Positions 36,701 to 50,200 are shown, counted from the stretch's first letter. The stretch is 64,000 nt of DNA from Raillietiella orientalis (GCA_036172245.1 JAYWIR010000031.1:620001-684000), one strand, 5' to 3'. Numbers and translations: made by a program. The notes: generated from the letters alone by a model not told the origin.

Positions 36701-39700
36701 TGCTTGGTTGGGTCGTGAAAGTCCGGGGATCTCGTGGCAATTAGGAACACCCTGCGTTCAGGATCGAAATGGCATGAATCCTCTTGAAAACTGAGCCAGG
36801 CTGAGGAATAACCTATTAGGAAGGTTCCATTTTAGAGTGGTAACCTTCTCTCTGGCCCTCCATCATTGTTTTGTTTTGAGTTCCATGAACTCAACTGCTG
36901 CTTAACAAAAGATACTCATTTTCCTTTGAATCCACAAAGAGAGCTTCAGTTTACTTCCTTCGGACGATTGTCTTCTGCCCTCCCGTGGGACACACCCACC
37001 GCTTCCAGGAGGTCGCTTTCGACAGAATTTGCTTCTCATGAACAACTAACACCAACAACTTCTGAATTAGTACAAGAAGAGGAGGTAACACTTTTGCCTT
37101 TGTCTATCATACAGCCGTTCAGAGCTACTGGATATTTCAGATATGCCATCCGCAACGGCCTTTAGTCGTCTTGTTCAGACATCCCTGGAGTGGGTAAGAA
37201 TTTACTAGCATCTTGGCGATGGAAATGTCTCCTCAATATTGCCGACACTTTGCCAGGTGATGTGACAAACTCTTGCCAACGGTTGTTCTTTGGTGCAATC
37301 CAGCAGACGAACGAAGTCACGACCACATGAACAGACTCTTTTGCACAGAACAGACTTTTGCACAGATGGAAAATAGTGCCAAAAATGCAGAGAACAAATT
37401 GAAATGTGTTTTTCCCGGTTATTTACGAAGGAAAAAAACAAACAAACAGGTCATCACCTGCAATTCACATTTTGATTTACCATTCTGTATTAAAAATGGC
37501 TATTCGTATGCTAATTTCAATAAGACGCAAGCTAAAAAAAAGCTTCCCTCTTTCCAGCACGAAGTGTGCAGCTCTGTGCAAGTTCACATAAAGAATTCGT
37601 TTATTTATCGATGCTATGGAATTCCAGGAGAAGCAGCCGGTGAAAGTCACGCGGCGAGATGGCCGAGTTCCCACTCCTCCAATGGATATATGATTCGGGA
37701 AAACGGTTCGATAAAGGTATCAGAAGCCAGCAGGGAACGCGGAAAATGAGAAATCCCTTCAGCCAATGTTGAGGATTTACGATCGAATCGGGAAGAATTT
37801 TTCAACCTCTACGTGTACAGGAACGCATGATTTGGATGCGCAAGCCGCCAGAAGCCTAATCTGCAATCACTGGAAAACTGCTCGAAGATCACTCCACATG
37901 AAGGAAGACATTTTTCGATCCGTAAGCCGACGTTTAAGTGGCTTCACCAAAACTGTTTCTTCAAGTCTTGCAAGAACTTTGCACGGACCATTTTTGCAAA
38001 GCATCTCAAAAAGGATGCAAATGAAGTGATTACAACTGAGACCCAAGCGAGTTACTTCCTTCAGATATCGATTCCTTCTTAAAAAAATTAACTGGAAGAC
38101 AAGTCACATGCTGCATTGAGAAAAATCCTTTTATTAAACATCTCTAGCTTTTACCATAAAGTAATTTTTTATCCTCTTAATTAGGAGTCAAAATACGCAG
38201 CAGATGACAAAATGACAAATGAAGCTTCACTATTGGACACTTTTTGAAATCAATGCGTGAAAGATCGATATGCAAATTGACATCATGGTGTCCTCACGTT
38301 GTCTAATGATAAAACTCACGAAGAAGCAGGGAACATCAGGCAGATATGATACGGGAGACATCTTAAGAAAAAGTCTAGAGCTTTCCATCCTTCAGCCAGA
38401 TATCTCTCAAGTCATATGTTCCCTCAACAGCGACAGTGCAAGCTCAGTTCGGTCCCAAACAGCTCTGGATGATTGAGAATCTACGAGAAGACTTGGGAGC
38501 TAACCATTTTTATAAAAGCCAAGGGCAGATCGTGCACCACGGCAATGAGTTAACCCCTCGTGTTTTCGGAGATCGCTCACCTTCGCGCAAAGGATAAAGC
38601 ATCACCTGGTCTTTAGAGGTGCTCGAACCAGTCGTAAAAGCAGGCAAAAGAGAACAATTAGAGGCGAAGTTTGGAGAAGAGCATCACTGTGCTGATGATG
38701 TCCCCAGCCTTGATGCTCTTTGAAGAGCGGTATCAGGAGATTCCCATCCTCACGCATGCAAGGCAAGAAAGGCGTTTTTCGTCCGTTTCGGACAGCTTGG
38801 AAGAACCTCAAGGAAGTGTCTTCTACTTCCACGAAATCCTCAGCCAGCTGGCGGCAGTTGCACGTGACAAATGTTCAAAGCCCGCAGATCTGATCCGAGA
38901 ACAGCAAAAAACATTCTCTTTCAGAACGACTGCTGATTTGTCCGGATGAAAGGTAGAGAAGAAATGCTCTTGACAGTGTTTGACAACGCATAAGAAACAT
39001 GCAATGAAGTAGCGACGAAGTGCATGGCGTTGTAAATTAATGCGAATTTATATCCAAAGCTTGATCATATTACTGGAAGGAAGTAGAGAAATTAATAAAC
39101 AGGGCTTTTGATCGAAAATAAGGCAAGCAATATTGCATGTAAAAGCTTCATATCCTCTTCATGGTGAGGCTTTCTCAAGCTTTCTCTTCTTCTCTTCATT
39201 GGAAACATCTAGCTCTACAGAATCGGTACGAATGATGCCATAAACAGGGAACAGCCTGTGAAGGAAAAAAAATCGCGGGAAATGGTGTGGGGTACGCCAA
39301 CATCCTTGTTTTAAATCTTCGTAGGATGTTTTGGCATACTCAGCAAACAACGGATGGAAGGTGACCGTTAAGAACCAATTCTGGTTGGTAAGCAACACTC
39401 AAAATGATGTGCTTTGACCTGAAGATCCTCAATCTTGCTTCTGCATTCTTTTTGCTTCCTGTTCCAAAGAGATGTACAGCTCTTAGACGAGTCATGCCTT
39501 GGAGACTGTTCCCGGACTGAAAAACTGAGGGTTTGGACATTCTGTCCACTGCGTTCCGAACGAAAACCGGTGCTTTTGACTGAATCTTGATTTGCACGCT
39601 CCTTTTGGCAGTCACCGATGAAAAGATCTGGTGGATGGAACGCATTTCTTCATTCGAGTTGCAGCTATATCTCCTGTTAGATTATCTCAGTTACTTTCCA

Positions 39701-40534
39701 AACGCGGCCTCAAAGTGACTGAAGAAACATCTTTCAGGTGCAGACACAGCTGTTCACAGCGTTTGACATTTCAGCACTTTTGATTTTCAACCGCTTCTCT
39801 GATTTAGGATGCCCGAAACACCTGGGAGACTGCCTGTGTTGGCATTGGTTCAGAAAATTGCCAGTTTCTTTTCATCCACACTGCAGACATCCCTGGAAAA
39901 GGGAAATTATCGGGTTATCATAAATTCGAATGACAGTCGAATTACATCTCTGAACTAAAGCCGAGTACATAACAGCATTTCTAAATTCACTTTGATGTTT
40001 CTTAAGAAATCGAAAAGGAGAGCAACAAGATAGAAGGCTGGACGGAGGATTTCCTTTACAAGCAAGGAACGTTTGCATCCTAACGGGAAATTGCATAGAG
40101 TGGTGTATGCTCGTCACCTGGAACCTCAAGACATCAAACAAAACCAACAGGTATGGGGAGAGGTGGTCTCCAGAGAACCAATCACGTTATTGCAGCGGAT
40201 TCCCATGGAACTGGTGACCAGCTACCGAAAAATCCTCCTTTACCACCCAACACTGATATCGGGAAGCATATAAATTTTACGATGTACCACAAAATCCCGA
40301 ATGACAATGAGCACTGACATGCTTCCCAGCTGTGTTCACAAACTGGAATGCTTATTTAAAGCTTCTATGTATTATTTGCAGTATATTAACACTTATCGTG
40401 ACGCAACCTGGTGACCACTTTCAGTCACCAAGGAATTTGTAAATCGCACACGAAAGCCTCTGAATCCCTTGCTGACCAGCACAGGCAATGAACGATTTAT
40501 CAAGCACGAATGGGTATTCGGATGGAGGCAAATA

Positions 40535-40635
40535 TACCCAAAAGACATGACGTGCAGTTGATGGTCCTACTTGCCTTCAATGCGCAAGGAAGAACAAACC
40601 CTCCTGCGATCGTGATTTTTGAGGGTGAACCGGTC
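40535..40635 (+). mobile_element. pogo/Tigger-family DDE transposase fragment
   Basis: VQLMVLLAFNAQGRTNPPAIVIFEG resembles the conserved RxTVxxxxNAxG..PPxxIFKG motif. Confidence 0.5.
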
Positions 40636-42215
40636 GTTTCCCCTGCCTGCATGCATTCCTTACACTTTGCGCCGAATCAGCCGCTTTGGATTTCAGTGAC
40701 GTTTCCGCAAGGGCCTCAGTTCCCAGGAAGAAGGATAATAAGTCGCGAAGAACGACCCTCGTGACGAAAGAGCTCGTGACGAAATGTGAGAGCATCATCT
40801 GCAGAGTCCGGCAATTTTCATTTGAATGAAGGGTTGAAAAAGGTCGTTAGCTCCTAGGCAAAGTTGAAGAACGGTCAAAAGACTGTGGACGAGGTCGAAC
40901 GAGCCACTTTTGAAATCTCATTAGATAGGAATTCCGGAGACCAAGACCGAATACGACTTTCTGAAACTTGAAGTCTGACTTTAACTTCAAGGTAGGTTGC
41001 GCGCCTCTATTCCGTACATTTTTTTTTTTTCGACTGATAGCATGTGATAATGACGACGACCGAGATACTGGTAAAACACGGATGCCCTATTACTGGACAT
41101 TGCCTTATTGCTTCCAAGTCCAGACCTTGCTTTCCCATAGGTTTACGGTAAAATGTGCGAACACATTTTCATGTCCTGGAAAGCTTCCAGAAATGCTCTT
41201 GTCAGTGCGTTGTTCTCTTTGAAGCGACTGACTGCTTCCTGAACTTTTAGAATGTACGCAGTACTCCCAATGCTGCTGATTCAGAGCACTGGTGTCATCG
41301 GCAGAGAGCAATCAGAGCTCTTTTTTTCCAAGGCTGAGCTCAACTTAGGTGATGAAAGGGGAGAAGTCCACAGTTCCCGAGGCTCCGCGACACGGGAGAG
41401 GAATTTCCCAAGCCAGCAAATCAAATGGAATGTTCTGCGGCAAACTACCAACAAAGATGAGGACTTGGGATGTTATGACCAGAGAGATCAGGTGGACGAA
41501 TCACGTCAACAGCAATTGTGAAAAGGGAGAAGAATAGTGAAAACCCATGGAAACGCACACCGGAAGAGGAAAACAGCTGCTGACGGTAATTCGAATCCAA
41601 GCGCAGCAATGTTTTGCTCTTCCTTTCCAGAATTCTTGTTCGGGAAGATTCACTCCCTGCACTTTGGCTTTCCCTTTGGCGGCTGGGACTTCGGCATGAT
41701 GGAAGAGCGTCCGTGAGAATGCAAGCGTTTCCTGCCTATACCTACACGGAATCCACCTCGAATCAGCAGATCACGTTGCTTGCAACGGAAAGCTTTACAT
41801 CTGAGCGGGGGTGCTTCTGGACGCCTGCCTTTTCATTTCCCAAGGAAGGCCAAAGTTCCTGAGGGACATTCGAATTCTGCTAGGTACTCGTTTTCAGCTA
41901 GACGAGGGTAACTAAGTAGACCTCCATTTGGAATTAAGATGCACCGATGACCTCACTCTCGATAGCATGCAACGAGAGGATTCCATCTGCAGAGATGGAT
42001 GGGAACAGTTGAACTGTGGGAGTCACCCAAGATGACTCCTAAGAACTCATCGATCGAAACGCTCGTGGAGAAGACACCATCGCCTCAGGCACACACACGA
42101 TGCAACACAAAGAAAGATAGACGACTCACTGCGAAGCACCCAGGTCGAGGGAAGACGCGCTCTGAAGAGGCCGATGCTGCCCTACGTCGGACAGTATTGG
42201 AATATCGGCCCGTGT

Positions 42216-42660
42216 GGACGGACGTATGGCTGCGGTCTCCGCTCCTCATACTCAGCTCTATGAGCTCGAGTCCCACATGGGGAAGAATCGACGCTGAGGA
42301 ATGTCTCCTCCGCAGAATGACGCTGGTTGGCTTATTCGGGGACTGCGGCACTGGTAAAAGCCGCAAGCCGGATGTCTCCGTTGACCGGCTTGCGGGATCC
42401 GAAGTTGACCCTCCTGGGTCCCTTCCAGGGATCAAGGAACCGATTGCCTTCGGAGCTCCCTCTAGTTGTGCAATTGAAGCCTTCCTCTTAGGATATGACC
42501 CTCTATCGGGTTCCTTGAAGCGGGTCATGCTTCTCCAGAGCTCGAGAAGCGCTCTGCTCGCTTCGGGGAGCGGCCTTTCAGAGAAATTTGGAAGCGTCGG
42601 GTTCCCTTCGGAAAAATAACAATGGAGCGGCCTCCTCCGGGGTCCCTCCGGAGGCAACCA
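42216..42660 (+). mobile_element. SINE-like element copy B, 5' part (interrupted by LINE)
   Basis: cgtatggctgcggtctccgc head, gagctcgagtcc B-box-like (42262-42273), body homologous to 50540-50990 with fewer array units. Confidence 0.75.
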
Positions 42661-43599
42661 TAAGAGCGTAGGAGTGGATGCTCACCCCCCCCCCCCCCCT
42701 TAGCGGCAACGCTGTCCTTCATGAGGAGGGAGGGAGCTTGGGAGCAGTCAAACCCTGAGGTGAAAGTCTCCTGAGAGATCGCAGGTAGGGAAAGCTGAGA
42801 CCCCGAGTGCCCTTCCACGAGAACTGCAGCGCTGGGGCGAGCTGCTAGACATTCCTCGCGGAGACCTGCGGTGGCCCCCCAATGCTCAAGAACAGCAGCG
42901 TCCTTTTCCCAATGTGGAAGGAATCGGCAGCACTTCTGCTGTTGCACTGGGGTCTTCCCTGAAACGCACGCCGACAACACCGGGTGTTGTTGAGAAGGGC
43001 AAGCCCGGACTGTCTCAGATGCAGGAAACGGGAGTCCCTCACGCACCTGCTTGCGGACTGTGCTGCCCTATGGCTCCTATGGGAACGTTTCGGAGCAATC
43101 CTCCGGATCCCGGTTGGCACCCTCAGGGACATCTTACGGCTCCCCTTTGTGCAGGATCCTCTGCAGCCAGCCGCAGCCTCAGCAGCGCTTTGCTGCATCC
43201 GCGGGATTGTGGCGGCTAGGAGCGAAGCCAACGAAGGAAGAAACGCGAGGGACGCCGTCCAGTTCGCAGTTCGCTTTCTGCGGATAGCAGCATCCAGATG
43301 GTCCCACTTGGGACTAAATTGGCAGATAAATATAGCACCTAGCTGGCATCCTAAAAACGATGCAGACTCCTTTCAGTAGAGAGTGGTCCCTTGTCGATCC
43401 GCCCAAGGATTTTTATTTCATTTAATTTTTTGTTTTTTTCCCATCCCTCTCCGCTGCCGGGGGGAGCACCATCGGTCTGCGGACCGGCGACCTGGAAGGT
43501 CCATGGACAAACAGAGTGTGGTAGAGCCACGTGTCTCGCCACAATTTATGAGTTTCTTTTCAATTTCAAGAAACGCTCCCGGCGTGTCCGGGTGGGAAT
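42661..43599 (+). mobile_element. 5'-truncated L1/Tx1-like LINE (same family as 23922-25624)
   Basis: ORF 42984..43379 contains DCLRCRKRESLTHLLADC (CCHC finger) and PAAASAALCCIRGIVAARS. The 3' UTR has the shared hairpins. Flanked by CGGAGGCAACCA (42649-42660) and CGGAGACAACCA (43600-43611). Confidence 0.85.
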
Positions 43600-43755
43600 C
43601 GGAGACAACCAGGACGAAGGTTTCCTACGGAAAGCCTTCATCCTGGTTGTCTTACCAAGCGTAAGAGAAAAACAGGCCCCTTTCTTCGTAGCTTTCCTGG
43701 ATTCATGGGGTGTTCCTTACGGGGCCACCCTACAACTTGAAGAGTTTCACGTGTG
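43600..43755 (+). mobile_element. SINE-like element copy B, 3' tail
   Basis: cggagacaaccagg and taccaagcgtaagag are shared with 50987-51040. Confidence 0.75.
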
Positions 43756-46479
43756 GTGAAAAAGGTGCCGAAGTCTCAGAGTACTCGGAGAATCTCGTCT
43801 TGACTAGTTGAGTCAAGAGTCAGAAGACGATTACCGAGAGACATTGCTAGCTGGTGACACAGGTCGAGAACGCTAATCTAAATGGCCGGCAGTTGATGCT
43901 CGCCGGCAAGACGACCACGGAAACAAACTCGAAGTTGAAACCAGACTAAGCTCTGGAAGATTAAGAGGCAGTGAACCTACAGAGTATGCCTTGCTTTTAC
44001 GGGTGTGCATCAACAGCATTGGAAGAGGCAAGACATGAGTAGGCCAAGAACCAGGAACGCTTCACTTCTACTTCGGAGAAGTGCCCTATGTTGTTGCGGA
44101 ATCCCTGAGGTTTCGAGATTCAGCTCCCCTCCAAAAAAAGGATCCACCGGGAAAGGTTTCCTTGGACAGTAATTCTTCAGAAGAGTTTACGTGATCTATT
44201 TCCAAATTCCAATTGGAAGAATTAGCCACATCTTTCGCTCAGTTGGCATTTGGATCCTCACGCGTCCCTCAACGTTTGAAACCCAGCACAGTTCTCTGCT
44301 CCTGTTCCGAGATGCGTCTTACGATTCGATCGCTCCAATCTCTGATGACTTCGCTGCTGACCGCGCGCGCAATAAGAAATCGCTCTTCCCAGCGCTGGTC
44401 CCGGCGCTGATCCCAGCGCTCCCAAGCTTCGAATCCTCACCCGTGAACGGGTCGCCGTAGCCCTTCGAAGCCCTTGTTTCGACAGCTCAGCCCAGGTCGA
44501 TGTGACGCATTTCTTGCACATGAAAAAGGTTACTTTCCCTCTGGACTTGCAGTGGCTCGTCCAAATACCGCAACACGAAAGCAAGCAAACACTGTACCAA
44601 CACATTCGTTACCTGCTTTCGAAAGCCGTAAAATAACAAGGAAGTCATCTTCATTTTGTAACATAGGAGTGTTTACCGAGTTAGGTAATCGTCAAGATGC
44701 TTCGCGTTTTCTCATGAAAATCTCATTTACGCCGCTCAAAGCGAAAATTCCCATCTGAAATCATCATTTATCTGCCATTAGCCGATCGTGGTATAGTTCG
44801 GCCAGTACCGCACCGCTCATTCATTCGAGGAGTGGTTTCTATTCGGGTGTAGTTTGCCTCCTGTGCGATTGTCTCAGTGGATTCGTGATGGTCAGCACTG
44901 CTGTGAGTCCCTTGCAAGCTCTGTTTATTGGCAAGGAATCGAGCCCTCTTCCAGCATATCCAAAATGCGGTTACTGAGATGCCCCATATCTCTTCTCTTC
45001 AAACGGAGTTACTTGGGGCATTCGATGCAGGTTTAAATCAGCTTCCATGCTGAGAGTTTTCCTAGAGCTGTAAATACATATGCTGTATAGTTGGCCTCTA
45101 AAGTCTTGAATGCATGCACTCCATTCTTTTAGGTGCGAACACATCAGACTTTATATCGGAAGAGTCCACGGTTTGTAAATGCAGCGCCTTCCATGTGTTT
45201 CCATTATTCCTTCCAAAGTAGTGGTGAATTTTGCAAGACTTCATCATTCAAGAGCTTTGCTACCCAAGGAGGAGTTGGACAAACTGTAAGAGCCGTGTCT
45301 TTTCAAGGTCCCTATAGGATACTATAAGGAGCACACCTTTTGCAGGTTACATCATGCTAACTTTTTTCTCCGCTGTCTTAAAGGAAATGCAGGGGGGGTT
45401 TTCTTTACCGCAAATTGCGATTTCAATCATGTTCTGCAAAAAAAAAAAGAAAGAAAAAATAATTATTTACTCTTATCTAAACGAGAAGCCCTTATTTCAC
45501 TCCCATAAGTTCTCTTCGAAGAACAGTCGCCATTTTGTCCTCAATGGAAGTCGAGAGCAATGAAACTTGCCTGCTTTGTGAAAGTTTGTCATCTTCAAGA
45601 GCTCCCAAATGAACAAAGCTCAGAGAACCTTCAGTAACAGTGTACAAAAAAAAATTGTGAAAAAAAAAAAATTGCTGTATTCTTCAGTGGAATCAGGAAT
45701 AGGAACTAAATAAGGATTTTCATCAAAGCAGCACAAGCACAAGAAGTATCGTCCAAGCACGCATATTGATGAACGGATGGCAAATCACTCGGATTCCTAG
45801 TACCATTTGCAATCAGGAACTGAAACTGAGCTGTGCATGCAGAGACCACTTTTGAGTGCTTTGTAGTTTCGACAACGGCTTATTTTGGGGCTCAGCAGAT
45901 CTAACAAAGTATGGACTTTTTTTTTTCTTTCGACTTCTTACCTGAATTGAAGGCTTCAAAAGTTTGAAGGAGGATCTCCGGAAATGTCTTTACGTTGATG
46001 TTTTAATCTGGAAGCACTTCATTGGAGTAATGACAGCTGACAGCCGAAAATTAATTTCGGCAGATTCATACGACTCATCAGTAAAAACTCCAAGGCTTCT
46101 CGAGAGGAGAACCTCAGCATGCCGATGTATGCCACCCTTGAATATCCACGCCACGCGCCGGAATCAGGTGATTTCTCGACCCTGGTCACCTGAAATCGCA
46201 ACTGCGTTTCTGCCACGAAAATTACGCATCACTGTTGTGATTGGTCCACGACATGTTTGTATGAGGAACTGCCCCAATGAAAGAAACAAATGCTGTTTTC
46301 ATGGAAGCACAATTGCTGATTTCAGACCTGAGCTGGTTGACATAGAAACACCAGACGCAAGCAATTTCCTTGACATGGCAAAGGGTCCCCAAAAATTGGG
46401 CTTGGGAGACGACGTCACATGAAAGACTGGGAACTTGGTCTAGGACGATGGACATCCTTGGGTTCATTTGTTTCCACGC

Positions 46480-47286
46480 CTCTCCGCCCACGGCAACCCG
46501 CATGGGGGCGTGTAATTCTTCTGGATAGGGGGCACCCCGGGATGGGGGTCCGCTTTATGAATCCCAGGAAGGACTCGGAGTCCGTTCCTCTCACGCTTCT
46601 CGCACCTCCCACCCTGGTTGTCTCCGAAGGGGAACCCCGAAGGGAATCTCGTTCCTCATTCTCTCCGGAGGGACGCCCCCCGCAATGTGGGGTGGTCCTC
46701 TCCATTTCAACTTCTCCGAAGGGAGCCCGGAAAGGATCCTCTTGTAGGAATTTCTTCTCCGGAGGGAACCTGCAAGGGAACCGCTCCTTTTCACTACTCT
46801 GAAGAGAATCCGAAGGGATGCTTCCGAAATTCAGAAGAGGCGTTGTAGATTCCCGCAGGGGAATCGCTCTCGCTTGCTTCCTTGCACTCTGTGAAGAGGC
46901 GACGACTCAGAGGGTCCCTCCCGCAACAGGAGGGTCCGCTCCTTTGAACAACTGGAGAGGTGCCTGTGAAGGCACCTGCTCCATCTTGAAAGCGGAGGGG
47001 TCCCCCGGTGTGGGAGGTCCGCTCTCCGTTGTGCGACTGGAGGGGGAACTCCCCACTCCTTTATCCCTGGGAGGACCCGAAGGTCGACTCCCATTGCTCT
47101 GGACTTCATCGGGGGCCTCCGGGCTTTATCCACCGCCAGGGCCATGCCCGAATGTCTCGGCCAACCAGCTCCATCTTGCAGGAGAAACTCGGAACCCAAC
47201 GACGCAGTGGCGTCAGTTATCTGCCGAAGTATTCGAACCCGCGACGCATGGTGCCACGCGCGGAAGCCTTAACCACAAAGCCTCCG
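46480..47286 (-). mobile_element. SINE-like element copy C, apparently full length (~0.8 kb)
   Basis: Minus strand begins GGAGGCTTTGTGGTTAAGGC (tRNA D-arm/A-box-like), then GGGTTCGAATAC (B box), followed by body, array and tail homologous to the other copies. Confidence 0.8.
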
Positions 47287-50200
47287 ACGCGGGCACATCA
47301 GTGGACACACACTCAAAGGAAAGGCTTTGTCCCTACATGAAGAGGTGAACTTTGGAGGAAAATCAAGAATGGCTTAGACAGTGGACACAAAAACTTGCCC
47401 AGCGTTTACACACACACCAGCAAGGAGTAATTATCCTCTAGTCACTGCTCCCGAAGAGTTACAGACAATTAAGGGGATGAATCAAGATTCGGATATCGGT
47501 ACTAGGAACGAGTGCTCGGCTTCCATGAAACAGGTTCCCTTGCATACAAAAGCACTTGTAAAAGTTTTATCCGCGCAATAAGAAATCCGTAGGATCATCA
47601 GCGGCACTATTTGAAAAATCTAAGGAATTTAGAGTAGGTCTTCCAAGTCGGTCAGTTTACCAGAAGCCGAGAACAGTAATCCGCAAGTTGCATTAGAGCT
47701 CATGGAAATGCGAGTATTAAAACTAATGCTAGAAACCGAGACTCTCTATGCCGCTTTTTATTTCTCACAAAAAGCCTCTAGCATGAATTCTGCAACTAAT
47801 GGCGTAGATCTGTGTCTTCCGTAAAAAACAACTGAAGATCAAAAAAACATCTGCGAGGTGTTTCATTTTGTAGTCTGCCTCACGGCATCCAGATTGTGGC
47901 GGAAGACCAAGCTTTCCTCCAGCGAAGCATCCCCAATCTAGACCTGGATGCCTCTCAAAGGAGTTCGTTTTGGATATACAGATACGCGTATAGAAAAGAA
48001 AGTACAGATTACGTAAAATCGATAAGTCTAATCGAACACTAACAAGACCTGTAAAACAAGATCACGGGTCCAGTGCTCTTACTCTGTTTTTCTTTATTTT
48101 GGTATAGTGAACTGGGTTCCACGCAGTAGAAGCGAGGTCACTTGAAGGTGACTTCAGATTTTACATTTTGTGTGATGCTGAGAGTCACTCTCGATTTGGA
48201 CAGCTTTTGATACAGCGTCGTCCCGCGGCTATTCGAAGGTTAGCAGAACGCAGTGCTGGAGCTGTCTGTGATGGCGAGCACCTAACTAAAAGGGAAATGG
48301 AGTGCGAGCAGGAAGCTGGCAGCATAGGAAACGGAAAATTTGCGCTGGATCCCTTGGAAAGTACGCGCAGGAATTACACAGTTTTCTTCCTCCGTTGCTG
48401 CTCTCGATGGGTGGAACCCAGTTCCAGCAGCAGCGTGGTCTTCAACCAAACTGATGATGCTTGAGAGTAGTAGGGTGTCTTGAAAAGAAGGCATTTTCTC
48501 AACCAGCAAAAACAAATGCGGCCCTCATGCGGTAACACCCGCATTTCTCGACTCCTTGAACTTAAGGGCTCCGGTGAGAGCCACGTGTTTCTGCTGCACG
48601 ACAGGGAAACATGACCGCATAGAGGGTCGTCGCTCCGGTTTTTCGACTCGAAAACACGTCCATGCCCTGCTGAATGAGCCTTGATGAATGAGTATTCGTC
48701 CCTAAAAGAATGATCTGTTTCCAAGGATGCGAGCTCAGAAGTGCAAGCTCGTAAGCACATCAGCAACGAGATCAACGAAGACGACCTGGGCAGAGCAGTT
48801 GAGCACGATTCCGGCAAGTTCCTTCCACAGCTACTCGCGTGACCTTCAGAAAAGCGACTGCGATCCAGCGGCTGAAGCGTGAATACTTTGAGAGGAACGA
48901 GCAGTGATTATATGGTGCAGCATCGAGCATCCATATGTGGCGAGAGATCCCGTTTCCATTACCCGATGGTGATGACACTCGATGGTGTCAAGTAGTAAAG
49001 TGCAGGAACACATTCCGCAAGCAGCCTCGTGTTAATCTTCACGTTTTTCGTAGTTCACACTGAGACCCCCTACGGATACTTGATAAAACTTTCCGTTGGT
49101 GCTGATCAACAGAGAAAGAGGGAAAGATCGCTAACGGAGGTTCCAGTGGTCTCGAAAATTGCATCGGAAAGTCTCATGGAAAACCGAAGGCTGGAAAATT
49201 TCTCCTAGAAAATTCGAAGAATGGGGGTGTTCTGGAAAACGAAAATGGTAGTCTTACGCGAAGTCACCGAAACAGGAAGCATCCGCAGAGAGGTACAGAC
49301 GGAATCTTTCATCTTGCAGTGGGTGACCTTGTGATTCCATGGGAGAGTTGCAGCTTTCCAGCTTTCCTCCGAACAGAATGGGGAGGATGCAGTCTCTGCC
49401 TCGTGGTGAAACTTCATGTGCTGGCTGTGTGGGTTGTCCAAACCACCGTTCATGTTCGAGGTAACGGTATGAGGTGGTAACAATATGTGGAAGACAACGT
49501 GCGTGGGTGTCCAGAGAGGTGAGAGTTGGCTGCAGATGTTGGAAGTGCTGCCTTGCTCGTAGCTGACAGCCTCAGTTAAATTCAAACGGAGTTCAAAGCT
49601 AAAAGGGATGACGAAAACGGGAGCAAACACGATCCTCCTGCTCCGAACAGATCATGATTTGGAGACGTGGTTTCCCACCTCCGCGTAGGTCGAGTCTTCA
49701 TAGCTATTCGGTCCTCGGAATGCTCAGAAGACGGCCCTCGCGATTTTCCCAAAATCCGTGAGAAGAACCGGGGAACTCGGAAAGTTGCCGAATCCATCGT
49801 TGCAGGACCTTTCAGAAGCTGAAGATGAATTTAATTCGACTTTGATGAAAAAGGCAGTCGTTGATCCAAGAAAAAAAAAAAAAAAAAAAGATGAAAGGCA
49901 ATCAGCAAACCCTATGTGAGCTGAAGGAGTTAGGTAAAAAAATAAACAAGATTTCCGGAAGATTTTACACGGAAGTTGATAATCTGAAAGCAAAACATGG
50001 ATAAGTTCATTACTTGATGAAATGGGACATTCAGAGGAAGAAGAAGGGATTCTGGAAGAACGTGAATGATCCTCTACAAGGAGACAACATCAGGATCGTT
50101 TCCGAAGGGTGGCATGCTGAGTGATCCTTGAAGGCCATCTTCGCAGATCCTGACGTCACACAAGTATGACATGCGGATGCCTACGTGAGACCCTTTACCC

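Noticed and set aside
44440..44520. EGF-like GDPFT motif on the minus strand
   Set aside because: Needs two frames to assemble and lacks the cysteine framework.
48535..48620. TIR-like LLELKGSGESHVFLLHDRE
   Set aside because: No box 1 (YDAFxSY) and an immediate stop; could be chance.
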